Positions 12,958-24,429 are shown, numbered from the stretch's first letter. The stretch: 64,000 nucleotides of DNA from Octopus sinensis (GCF_006345805.1 NC_043013.1:8556001-8620000); one strand, 5' to 3'. Notes: a model not told the origin generated them from the letters alone. Translations and numbers: made by a program.

Positions 12958-13170
12958 TATTTGTTTTTATCTTCAGTTACAATTAAAGTAATTTTACATT
13001 AATCTCATGGGTTACTCTAATTCTTTTGTAGAGTACAAATTTATTATTCTTAAACAATGTTGTTGACAGTGACTTCAAAGTTTTGGACGCTTAACCCATT
13101 GATGGGGCTGTCTGACAATGGTTTAGCTGGCCAAAACTTCAGTCACTGTTAACAATATTCTTGTTTAAGA
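12958..13170 (-). mobile_element. Short PLE-like terminus with inverted 5' duplication and decayed HHR
   Basis: Imperfect palindrome 13048-13170. The reverse complement of 12958-13055 matches 17681-17780. Confidence 0.55.
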
Positions 13171-13265
13171 TGTGGGTGTGTGGTAAGAAGCTTGCTTCCA
13201 ACCACATGGTTCTGGGCTCAGTCCCACGGCATGACACCTTGAGCAAGAGTATATATATATATATA

Positions 13266-13418
13266 TCTGGCAGAGTTTCTACAGTTATGAAGGGCATTCA
13301 GCTGTAGAAACTCTGCCAGATTGAAGCCTGGTGCAGCCATCTGTTTTGCCAGCCCTCAGTCAAATCGTCCAACCCATGCTAGCATGGAAAGCGGACGTTA
13401 AACGATGATGATGATGAT
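13266..13418 (+). mobile_element. 3' end of a SINE with (GAT)n tail and a 19-bp 5' inversion
   Basis: AGGGCATTCAGCTGTAGAAAC..CCAACCCATGCTAGCATGGAAAGCGGACGTTAAAC(GAT)n. 13266-13284 is the reverse complement of 13302-13320. Confidence 0.7.
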
Positions 13419-13427
13419 ATATAAATA

Positions 13428-13680
13428 TAAACTTAGATAAACTTAGATATGTTTCGACCAGAGATTGGTCCAGGCCATGTCTAACTTAATAGCACCACCT
13501 GATAGGATTATTCGAATCCTGTTTAAGTCAAGTTTTGTTCAAGTAGTGAGTTTTTGTTGGGTGAGTTGTATCCAATTATGGGTGGCTTATCTGGTATTCT
13601 TTGAAGGAATCTATCCAGACTCTGTTTGAAGTTGATGGGATCCTTTTCCTCTTTGATCTCCCTCGGGACAATGTTAAATA
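13428..13680 (-). mobile_element. CR1-like LINE 3' end
   Basis: FNIVPREIKEEKDPINFKQSLDRFLQRIPDKPPIIGYNSPNKNSLLEQNLT*, then a 3'UTR hairpin and (TCTAAGTTTA) tail repeat. The same tail recurs at 51835-51891. Confidence 0.75.
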
Positions 13681-13754
13681 TATGTATATAAAACCTCAAA
13701 ATACACTGAAAGCTTTAGTCCCAGGAAGGTATTGTAAATAGATTTTTTTTTTTT

Positions 13755-13975
13755 TTGTACTTGTTTCAGTCATTTGACTGCCGCCATGCTGGAGCACCGC
13801 CTTTAGAGTGGTGAAAGAGTACAGCAGGGATCACCACCATCCCCTGCCGGAGCCTCGTAGAGCTTTTAGGTGTTTTCGCTCAATAAACACACACAACGCC
13901 CGGTCTGGGAATCGAAACCGCGATCCTCCGACCGCAAGTCCGCTGCCCTAACCACTGGGCCATTGCGCCTCCACA
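13755..13975 (-). mobile_element. SINE A tail fused to SINE C head
   Basis: 13755-13805 is the family A tail; 13806-13975 is the family C tRNA-like head. Confidence 0.75.
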
Positions 13976-14191
13976 TTCATAAAATTTACATATTCATAAA
14001 ATTTACGGATTTGGTTTACTCCATCAATTGAACCCTTAACGTTGATCCCATGCTGATTTAGCATTACCCACAGGTTCCACATACCCAAGTGCACTCATGT
14101 AACCCGAGATTATAACAAAATACATCTGCACGAAAAGCTTTAAAGTGGGACTGATCTAGGGGCTACATGCTTACAACGTGAACCTCTTAAC

Positions 14192-15495
14192 CATTGGTTC
14201 TCAACCAGTGTCCATATGACCCTTGGGGGTCCACATAAGATTTTGTTCTTAAAATTTATCTGCAATAAATCTCTCATGCTTCTACAACACTCGAAAGATT
14301 ATAACAATTTTTTTAGGCGCAGGAGTGGCTGTGTGGTAAGTAGCTTGCTTACCAACTACATGGTTCCAGGTTCATTCCCACTGCGTGGCACCTTGGGCAA
14401 GTGTCTTCTACTATAGCCTCGGGCTGATCAAAGCCTTGTGAGTGGATTTGGTAGACGGAAACTGAAAGAAGCCCGTCCTATATATGTATATATGTATGTG
14501 TGTGTGTGTGTATATGATTGTGTGTCTGTGTTTGTCCACCCCCCAACATCGCTTGACAACCGATGCTGGTGTGTTTACGTCCCCATAACTTAGCAGTTCG
14601 GCAAAAGAGACCAATAGAATAAGTACTAGGCTTACAAAGAATAAGTCCTGGGGTCGATTTGCTCGACTAAAGGCGGTGCTCCAGCATGGCCATGGTCAAT
14701 TGACTGAAACAAGTAAAAGAGAGTAAAAGAGAGTATGCAATTCCTAATAATATTTAATTAAAAATAATATACAGTAATCCCTCGATTATCATGGGTGTTA
14801 CCTTCCAAAACCCCCACAATAGGTGAAAATCTGCAAAGCAGAAACAGTACTCTTTTACTTGTTTCAGTCATTTGACTGCGGCCATGCTGGAGCACCGCCT
14901 TTAATCAAGCAACTCGACCCCGGGACTTATTCTTTTTGTAAGCCCAGTACTTATTCTATCGGTCTCTTTTGCCGAACTGCTAAGTAACGGGGACATAAAC
15001 ACACCAGCATCAGTTGTCAAGCAATGTTGGGGAGACAAACACAGACACACAAACACACATACGCATATATATATATATATATACATATATACTATGGGCT
15101 TCTTTCAGTTTCCATCTACCAAATCCACTCACAAGGCTTTGGTCGGCCCGAGGCTATAGTAGAAGAGACCTGCCCAAGGTGCCATGCAGTGGGACTGAAC
15201 CCGGAACCATGTGGTTGGTAAACAAGCTACTTACCACACAGCCACTCCTGCGCCTATATACAGTACTGTATATTTTTTAAATTATTTTTATAATCTGTAT
15301 ATATTTATTTTATTATAAAAGCAAAACAACACAACGGAGGAATTACTGTAAGCTTAAATAATACCTCGATGGATGAACTGTGATTGGTGAACCGTGATAT
15401 GGCGAGGAATTACTGTAATGAGATTTTATTAAAACTTCAAATGGTTATAGGGGCCCATCCATGCAAAATAGGAATCAAAGGTGTTCATAGGTGTG
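14192..15495. mobile_element. hAT-type MITE remnant hosting SINE A (14315-14733) and a Tigger-like MITE
   Basis: Left end CATTGGTTCTCAACC; the flanking segments match the 28607-29595 family in reverse. Confidence 0.6.
14772..15415. mobile_element. pogo/Tigger-like MITE containing SINE A (14851-15256, -)
   Basis: TA|CAGTAATCCCTCG ... CGAGGAATTACTG|TA; an extra copy of the right terminus at 15335-15350. Confidence 0.75.
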
Positions 15496-16104
15496 GCTCT
15501 AATACATTCGGCACTGCTCTAAACCATTCGGCCATGTATACATCCATATTCGTATGAACATGCTTTGGACTATGGCCATGCTGGGGTATGTGATCCGGTC
15601 CTGTTATATTGACCTCGGTATTCAGTTCAGACTTGTACTAATTTTATTGACCTCTGCTTGTTGAATCTTTTGAGATATGGCGATACCTGGACTCAGATAC
15701 TCACTGTGGGATTGAAACACTAACCACGAGATTGTGAGATGAAATTTTTAACCACACAGCCATACCTATACATACACGGTAATTATGTGTATGTGTGTTT
15801 GTGTATGTGCATATGTATTTATAACATGTATACACACACACATGTACATGTACATATGCATATTTATATATATGTATATATACATTCACACACACATGTA
15901 TACACACACACATACCTACCCTCACACCATACATACATATACACATATGTAAACGTATATGTGTGGTGTATGTATGTATATATACATATACATAAGTGAG
16001 CATGTATGTATATGAGTATATATGTGTACAAGTGTATATTTATATGAATTCCATGAAGCACAACCGCCATTTTGTTTTTTCCATAAATCTCTCTCTCTCT
16101 CTCT

Positions 16105-16204
16105 NNNNNNNNNNNNNNNNNNNNNNNNNNNNNNNNNNNNNNNNNNNNNNNNNNNNNNNNNNNNNNNNNNNNNNNNNNNNNNNNNNNNNNNNNNNNNNNN
16201 NNNN
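16105..16204. other. Assembly gap (100 N)
   Basis: Run of N. Confidence 1.
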
Positions 16205-16761
16205 TTCTGTCCATAACGTGCCATGTCCCTTTATGACTTATTCTCTAGCGGTTCGACAAATTGATATTGGTAATATAAATAAAAGGAGGAAATTTGTATT
16301 GATATATATATATGATTGACTAAACTCCTTGATTATGGCCGAAGTGAAATGGTAGAAAACCAATAAAAAGAATGGGATAATATATATGACCGCTGTATCA
16401 AACAGGTTATTCTTATTAAGAAATTAAGAAATTTTGTATCAAATTTCTTATCAAATTCTTCCCCAATTAAATTTCTTCTTTTCGAACTAAAAAATTATTC
16501 TCAGTGTTCGTTAAAAGCTTCTCAGTTGAGAAACTCCGTCGGCCGATTGTGTATGTGTGTGAGTGTCTTTCTACTGCGTCATTAACTAACACTCCGTCCG
16601 TCATAGTTTTCATGTATTTAAAATGTTCTACACATAGGTTTAAAGGGATAAAAAATCTGTCTTTATTAACTCTCTCCAGCAGGGTTTGCTAGATCTGTGT
16701 AAATTAAAAGAAGCTCAAAATTTTCAAAACGTAGCGAATTGTTTTAGAAAGTAGCAAAAAT

Positions 16762-16946
16762 ATGTTTGTATGGTGTATGTTAGTATGTATGTATTATGTA
16801 TGTAGTATGTATGTATGTATGCATGTATGTATATATCTATATCTGTATATTATATATATACATATATATGTGTGTGTATATATGTTTATACACATATATA
16901 TGTGTATATACATATGTATATGTATGTATATGTATGCAATTCTATA

Positions 16947-16982
<36 letters not shown>

Positions 16983-17622
16983 TATATATATATATATACA
17001 TACAGATATAGATATATGTATGTATATACATATATATACATATATATATACATATGTATATACATATATATATACATATATATATATATACACACACACA
17101 AGAATTTATGCATGAATATATACGTGTCTATATGTGTGTGTTTTTGGGTACGAATGTATGTATGTCTGCATGTATATAGATGTAGATATATATATACATA
17201 TATGTATAAATGTATGCACGTATATGTAATATTTATGAACTTTTATGTGTGTAGATGTATGCATGCATGTGTAAATATATGTGTATGCATTTATGTGTTT
17301 GTGTCTGTCCATCTGTGTGTGACTGTCTGTCTGTCTGTCAGTCTGTTTCTCTGTATATATATATATGTATGTACGTGTGTGAGTGTATGTATGTGTGTAT
17401 GTATGTGTATGTGTGTATGTGTGCATGTATGTTATATATAAAGATACCTTAGATTTTTTAACCGTACTCGGAGATAATTTGATATTCAATGGAATTTTTA
17501 CCTAGAAAAGAATATTAAAATATCAAGTTGTCCAAATGATATATACAATATACATAGTGTGTGTATATATAATATATATATATATATATATTATATTAAT
17601 ATATATATTATAATATACGTAC
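16762..17622. repeat. TA/TG/TATG compound microsatellite
   Basis: Direct inspection. Confidence 0.95.
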
Positions 17623-17626
17623 ATAT

Positions 17627-17780
17627 ATCTTATACAAGAATGCTATTGACAATGACTCGAAGTCACCGCGAAACAACGTCTTGTATAAGATAATAAAATT
17701 TGTATTCTACAAAAGGATAGTGTAACCCATCAGATTAATGTACAATTGTTTTTTATAACTGGACATAAAAACAAATACGT
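17627..17780 (+). mobile_element. Second copy of the 12958-13170 family with inverted 5' end
   Basis: 13-bp perfect inverted repeat (17627-17639, 17679-17691); downstream matches the reverse complement of 12958-13055. Confidence 0.55.
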
Positions 17781-18237
17781 ATGTATGTATGTATGTAGTA
17801 TGTATGTATGTCTGTATGTATGTATGTAGTATGTTGTATGTATGTATGTATGTATGGTATGTTGAGAGATGTGCTACTTGTGGCCCAATCTGGTGGCATT
17901 CTTCTCCAACACAACACTATCTTCATTATTACCAACATCGAAAACGTGCTAAGTAAAAATCGTGCCTGCTAAAATTTAGAAATCAAAGTTCCCTCAAATT
18001 ACATCATCCTACAATAATAATTTTTTTAAGGAAAAGGATGCATTCTATAACGTAGTAATAAATATGTTCCCTGAAATAAAGACGGAATGGTCACGGTCGG
18101 AATGCTTTTGATCATGGGTGTAGTCTACTGAAAGTTAGTTCACCTGTGGCTAAACAACAATAGCAACAGTATCACCAAGACATCGAGGAAGTGTATATTT
18201 TTCAACCTACTTAATACAGCTTCCAAATCTTCGACGA

Positions 18238-18621
18238 GGCGCTAGCATGGTTGTGTGATTTAAAAGCTGGCTTTGCAACGAAATGGTTTCGGGTTCAATC
18301 CCACAGCATGACACAGCATTGGGCAAGTGTCCTCTGGTATATCCCCAGACCGACTAATGTCTTGTGAGAGAATTCGGTAGACAGGAGCTGTCTGGAAACC
18401 CGTCGTGTAAAGGCGCTGGCGAGGCTGTGTGGTAAGAAGCCTGCTTCCCAACCACGTGGTTCCGGGTTCAGTCCCAGTGCGTGGCACATTGGGCAAGTGT
18501 CTTCTTCTATAGCCTCGGACCGACCAAAGCCTTGTGGGTGGATTTGGCAGACGGAAACTGAAAGAAGCCCGTCATATATATGAATATATATGTATATATA
18601 TATATGTGTGTGTGTGTGTGC

Positions 18622-18680
<59 letters not shown>

Positions 18681-18902
18681 TTTGTGCCTGTGTTTGTGCC
18701 CATCCACACCACCGCTTGACAACCGGTGCTGGTGTGTTTACCTTCTCATAACTTGGCGATTCGGCAAAAGAGTCTGATAAAAATAAATACCAGGCTTATA
18801 AAATGTATGTATTGGGGTCGATATATTCGACTAAAACTTCTTTAAGGCGGTACCCCAGCATGGCCGCAGTCTAATGATTGAAATGAGGAAAAGATAAAAG
18901 AT
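18238..18902 (+). mobile_element. SINE A: decayed head followed by full copy (18411-18902)
   Basis: tRNA-like head TGGC/AGGCTGTGTGG..GGTTCAGTCCC, CCTTGGGCAAGT-like core, internal (TG)n, family tail. Confidence 0.85.
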
Positions 18903-18948
18903 ATATGTGTGTGTGCGTGTGTGTTTGTGTGTGCGTGCGTGTGTGTGC

Positions 18949-18987
<39 letters not shown>

Positions 18988-19051
18988 TATACACACACAC
19001 ACACACATTATTTACAATGGACGGATAAATGTCCTCATCCTCTTTGTTGTT

Positions 19052-19097
19052 ATCACAACATTTCGACTGATGTACTCTCCAGTCTTCATCAGGTGTT
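19052..19097 (-). ncRNA. Minimal type I hammerhead ribozyme motif in inverted pLTR
   Basis: CAC-CTGATGA-A-GACTG..CAGTC-GAAA-TGTT^GTG. Confidence 0.65.
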
Positions 19098-19561
19098 CAA
19101 TGTGAAATTTCGAACCCAACCCTTTATTTGACTAATGAGGTACGCTGTTCTCATTCCTAAGGTATGTTGCTGATGTTATTATTGAGGAGTTGGCCATGAA
19201 GATTCCAAAAGCTCAGGGGGATGAACTAAGATGGAAAATGAGACAGGTACTAGAGAAGACGAAACTTCCTAAACGAAACATAACTATGGAAGAAACGTTC
19301 GCTATTAGAACATTACAGAGTGACAGTTCCGTCCTAATACTTCCAGCGGACAAGGGCAATGTTACAGTGGTAATGAACAAGTCTGAATACTCGGAAAACT
19401 TGGCAAGTCTCATAAGTGATGGTAGCTACAGCAAGATTAAGAAAGACCCACCTCCGAAAACAGAGAGGAAATTCAGTTCTGTATTTAAGAGATAAGGAAT
19501 TATGTACTTTATTTACATTATTTACGTTTGACTGATATTTGTCCTCATCTTGGTTGTTGTT

Positions 19562-19607
19562 AACACAAGGTTTCGGCTAATATACCATCCAGCCTTCATC
19601 AGGTGTC
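19562..19607 (-). ncRNA. HHR motif, left arm (two substitutions)
   Basis: GACAC-CTGATGA-A-GGCTG..TAGCC-GAAA-CCTT-GTGTT. Confidence 0.6.
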
Positions 19608-19746
19608 TTTGGGGAAACTTCGAACCTGGGTTCTCATTCCTAAGGTATTTTTCGATGTTATTGCTATTGTTATTATTCAGGTCCACTGCCTGGAATCGAA
19701 CTCGGAATCTTGGGTTTAGTAGCCCACCACTACGCCACATGCTCAC

Positions 19747-19819
19747 GGGCATATGGCGTAGTGGTTAAGAGCGCGGACTACTAACCCCAAGATTCCGAGT
19801 TCGATTCCAGGCAGTGACC
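19747..19819 (+). promoter_or_regulatory. tRNA-derived internal Pol III promoter (pseudo-tRNA)
   Basis: A box TGGCGTAGTGG (19754-19764) and B box GAGTTCGATTCC (19797-19808) at tRNA spacing. The acceptor and T stems are mismatched. Confidence 0.75.
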
Positions 19820-19830
19820 TGAATAATAAT

Positions 19831-19864
<34 letters not shown>

Positions 19865-19911
19865 TCGAAAAATACCTTAGGAATGAGAACCCAGGTTCGA
19901 AATTTCCCCAA

Positions 19912-19957
19912 GACACCTGATGAAGGCTGGATGGTATATCAGCCGAAACGTTGTGTT
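19912..19957 (+). ncRNA. Minimal type I hammerhead ribozyme motif, intact core
   Basis: Stem I GACAC/GTGTT, core CTGATGA, stem II GGCTG/CAGCC, GAAA, palindromic stem III AACGTT; predicted cleavage after GUU (19952). Confidence 0.8.
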
Positions 19958-20832
19958 AACAACAACCAAGATGACAAATATCCGTCAAATGTAAATATAG
20001 AGAGGAAGTTATCACAGATCTTAATCAAGAACAAGATGACTTCATACCAATGAAGTACAGACAACTGACCTAGCACTACAATAAGCTGCCACACATGTAC
20101 AGTCTCCCGAAGATTCATAAGGATGGTATTACATTAAGACCTGTAGTGAACTGTAGGGATTCAGCATGTCATCCACTGGGCCGCTTCCTTGTGAATATAG
20201 TCAGTCCATTAGCAGGTAAGTGAACGTCGTATGTGAAGAATTCCACTCACTTCACAGAATTGATCAAGGATACTCCTATTGGATCCAACCAGATGGTGAG
20301 TCTAGATGTAATAAGTCTTTTTACCAAAGTCCCAACTAATGAAACACTATCAGTGATTCAAGACAAACTAGTGATGGATACAGCTCTAAAAGAACGCACT
20401 AGTATACCAATAGAAAACTTGATGGAAATGTTGGCTTTCTGCGTAGAAATTACCTATTTCAGAGTAGATACTAATATATATCGACGAATGAGGGTTTAGC
20501 TATGTGTTCGCCATTATCACCAGTAATAGCCAATATATACGTGATATACTTTGAGAATTTGGCTTTAGGATCTATACCATTAAAGCCAACCCTATGGCTT
20601 CGATATGTTGATTACACATTCATACTCTGACCCACACCAAGAGGATGTCTCAGTACTACTAGATCATGTGAACTAAACAAAGCCATCCATACAGTTCAGA
20701 ATCGAAATGGAAAAAGACAATCAGTTGGCATTCCTGGACGTATTAATAATACGCACTGAGTATGGGTTCAGGACATCCGTATACCGCAATCCAACCTTCA
20801 CTGGACAATACTTGAACTTCATTTCCCACCAT

Positions 20833-21124
20833 TTTTTGGTTTGTTTGTTTGTTCCTTCTCGAGCCACGCTTGGCTCATAAGGGCCGGTTTCCCGGTTTCT
20901 TGGCGTATAGGTTCCCCGAAGGTGAGCTGCAAGATGCAGGAGGAAAGAGTGAGAGAAAGTTGTGGCGAAAGAATCAGCAGAACTTCGCCATTACCTTCTG
21001 TCGGAGCTGCGTGGAGCTTAGGTGTTTCGCTCATATACACACACATCGCCCGGTCTGAGATTCGAACCCGCGATCCCTCGACCGTGAGTCCGCTGCTCTA
21101 ACCAATAGGCCATGTGCCTCCACA
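20833..21124 (-). mobile_element. SINE family D (tRNA head, (ACAA)n tail) inside the PLE
   Basis: 13-bp TSD CATTTCCCACCAT (20820-20832, 21125-21137); A and B boxes; second copy at 58265-58568. Confidence 0.92.
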
Positions 21125-22908
21125 CATTTCCCACCATACATACAGTATAAAGAGAGGGATTTCTCAGTGACTAAAACATTGATCAAAGACTATATAAGTA
21201 GCGATCCTGATACACACCAGGAAGAAATGACCAGGCTAAGAAACAATCTGCTATGCATCAACTACCCAAAGAACATAGTATCCACTCCAATTAGGAAGAG
21301 GAGAGGGGATGAAACCCATAAACTGAGCACAGTCTGTCCACCTTATGTCAAAGGCCTCTCGGAAGAGATTTAAAAAATATGCGGTCCATATGACATCAGG
21401 ACAGTATTCAGAAGTAACGCAACACTTTGCAAATATTTTCTCCGAGTAAAACCACCTATAGAAAAAATATATAACCAAAAACTGCGTATATTCGATCCCA
21501 TGCAATTGTGGTAGGTTATACAAAAGCAAAACATGTTGCCCCCTTAAAGTAAGGGTAGCGGAACATCGTAAAGCTGTGATACGAGGGTATGTTGAAAAAT
21601 CGGGTATAGCCGATCATGTAAGGAAAAACGGAGACTACCGCTCGCTGTAGGATGAAGTTAAAATAATCGACAGAGAACACCACTGGAAAATACGAAAATT
21701 CAAAGAGGCTGCACATATGCTAAGCAGATCTAGTTGCAGATATGAATGTAATATGGGAGCCAGTAATAAGAAAAGATAAAATACAAAGTTTATAAACCCT
21801 AAAATTCGTTCTATAGTTGCCCACGGACATGTAGCGTTGTGGATACTAACCCTCTGATTCTAAGTTCAATCCCAGGCAAATCAATGAAACAAGTACATGA
21901 TATGGAATTAGAACTCTTCCTTGTGTTCCGATAAAAAAAAGCGGCCAATTTTTCCATTAATCGAACAACCTGTCGACTGGATTAGCGTGTAAATTTGATC
22001 TGTCAACCCAAGCCATAGTAGACATTTTCCCATCATTCAACATACTGGAATCGAACCTTTAACCTCGTGGTCTTAAACATTCAGCCAATACATGCGACCT
22101 CACATATAAACACGTATAACTTGTATCCCTCAAACTGTAGTTTTACAAGCTCATTTATCACGAACTCCCGAAGCTACGAGATATATATACAAATTGTCTG
22201 TGAAATAAATATGTATGTTCGTTGAGAAAAATACCCTTAGGAAGAAAAGAAGAAAGTTTAGATATACAAAACTTAGTTACTAAAATCAACATTATACGAA
22301 ATAAATTTGAGAACGAAGTCCGTATAGCAATACATTGCTGCTCAGAATAAAGACAGACAACGTCGTACAATCTATTATGTAAATGGCATACCAGAACTGG
22401 ACAATCACTAATGAGACACGAGATCCAATACTCCTAGTATTTTTGTTGTAGCTGCTTTCGTTTTTTTTATTAGACGAACTCATTAACTTTGCTTTTAACC
22501 AAAAAACACCATTATATACAGCTAGACAAAGTTAAGTACGTTTACGCACACATAATATAATTACATTATTTGCTCAGGGAAGTAGGTAATGTTTCATTTT
22601 AACGTTGGTTAGGTTTTTTTTTCTTTTACATAAATGAATGTCCTATACCCTGTAACTTATAAAATTACAATAGACCAGTGAGCTGTGTTTGAAGAGTATA
22701 TGGAAGGAAGAGGAGGATGGGTGTGAGGTGGATCTAACTGAGGGAGAAACTAACGTGCATTGGTTGAGGGTTAGGTAACTTTACAAGAGATGTATGCATG
22801 TATATGTTTGTTTGCATGTATGTATGTATGTATGTATGTGTGTGGTGTGTGTTTGTATAGCTAGACAGAAAGACATGTTTGTGCATTTGTGTCTGTATAA
22901 ATACATAA

Positions 22909-22954
<46 letters not shown>

Positions 22955-22957
<3 letters not shown>

Positions 22958-23421
22958 CTCTTTTTACTCTTTTACTTGTTTCAGTTATATGACTGTGGCC
23001 ATGCTGGAGTATATATATATATACTCTTTTTACTCTTTTACTTGTTTCAGTCATATGACTGTGACCATGCTGGAGCACCGCCTTTAGTCGAGCAATTCTT
23101 ATTCTTTGTAAGCCTAGTACTTATTCTATCGGTCTATTTTACCGAACCGCTAAGTTACGGGTGTAAACACACCAACATCGGTTGTCAAGCGATGTTGGGG
23201 TGGGTGGGACAAACACAGACACATAAACATATACACACACATATATATACACATAAACGACGGGCTTCTTTCAGTTTCCGTTTACCAAATCCACTTACAA
23301 GGCTTTGGTCGGCCCGAGGCTATAGTAGAAGACACTTGCACAAGGTGCCACGCAGTGGGACTGAACCCGGAACCATGTGGTTGGTAAGCAGGCTACTTAC
23401 CACACAGCCACTCCTACGCCT
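22955..23421 (-). mobile_element. SINE A with duplicated tail segment
   Basis: Family A consensus; the tail occurs twice (22957-23009 and 23022-23075). Confidence 0.88.
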
Positions 23422-23912
23422 ATATACATATATTTACACAAATATATTGTATGTATATGTACGTTGTATATATACACACATGTATATGTACGTATGGATA
23501 TATATACATATCCACACATATTGAGAGTATTCATTACACACACACACGCACACACACACACACACACATCACTGAGGCATAGCGATACAATAACCTGGTA
23601 TTAGAACTCAGTGTTACATGCTTCAAAATAAAGCGTTTGTCGAGTATGAAATTGAATAGAAGACAAAGGAATCGAAAATCATGCAAGGAACTGCATTAGT
23701 TTACAGATGTTTCTGCCATAAATTGGTGTGCACTCAGAGCTCATAGCTTCCCCGGAGCTTCAAATTCACGCACTGTTCGACCTACAAGAAATAACAACCA
23801 AATCTCCTTCGTTATCACCACGCAGCCTTGTTACAAAAAAAAAAGAAAGAAAGAAAGAAAAAAGACGGAAAGGGATATTGGATAAGAAAACAAGAAAAGC
23901 AGTATGTTTATA

Positions 23913-24429
23913 TCTATATATATATAAAACTGTAGTTGTGTGAGTGTCTGTCCCCTTCGATTAAGATTCCTAACTACTCCCACATTTTGCGGTGCAGTTT
24001 AACCAAATTCGGGTATCTTATAGTCGTGATTCATATCGAGCCCGTCTGAGTATTAGTGCGCGTCTACGATGAGTCTACGATTTTAAAAATAATTTAACAT
24101 AATTTTTTATTCCATTTTAATGCATAATTTTTCGTGTGTCGATGGCGGCGGAGTTGGCGTCCATGGTCACAGCTGCACCTGTGTTTGCTTCTCCCCCTTC
24201 TTCGCTCCCTCGTGAAGCTGTGGGGAAGGGAGTGTAAGGAAATCAACGTCGTAAAGCGTTGTCAAGGAGACCAGCGTTCTTTTAGAACAACGACTTCATG
24301 GCTTGAAGACACCAAAACAGAAATGGCTAAGAAAGCCCGAATTGGCATCTATAAGGGAAGTAACTCTCTAAAAATGCTTATATAGTTATTTCCCTTACAA
24401 ATCCGAGCAACGCCGGGCGATACTGCTAT
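23913..24429 (+). mobile_element. Non-autonomous Helitron
   Basis: A|TCTATATATATATAAAAC start; 3' hairpin CCGAGCAACGCCGG then ATACTGCTA(T), the same terminus as 29048-29445. Confidence 0.8.

Larger units (their letters stand above)
19471..19998. mobile_element. Head-to-head palindromic insert: tRNA-like head + (AAT)n + HHR on each arm
   Basis: The arms are reverse complements about the centre ~19745. A 9-bp duplication AGAGAGGAA (19462-19470, 19999-20007) interrupts the PLE RT at KTERK. Confidence 0.88.
19008..21877 (+). mobile_element. Penelope-like retroelement (Penelope/Poseidon type), pseudogenised RT + GIY-YIG, inverted pseudo-LTR at 5' end
   Basis: ILPADKGNVTVVMN, YSLPKIHK..LRPVV, MVSLDVISLFTKVP, GLAMCSPLSPVIANIY, WLRYVDYTF, LAFLDV..VYRNPTFTGQYLNF, NCVYSIPCNCGRLY..RVAEH. 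Multiple stops and frameshifts; two nested inserts. Confidence 0.95.

Noticed and set aside
17627-17691. Intact HHR read as TTGACAA..GAAACAACGTC
   Set aside because: Better explained as two inverted arms of the 13-kb family; the core match is incidental.
19747-19819. Functional tRNA gene
   Set aside because: Acceptor and T stems are mismatched, and it is embedded in a mobile module. The same applies to the SINE heads.
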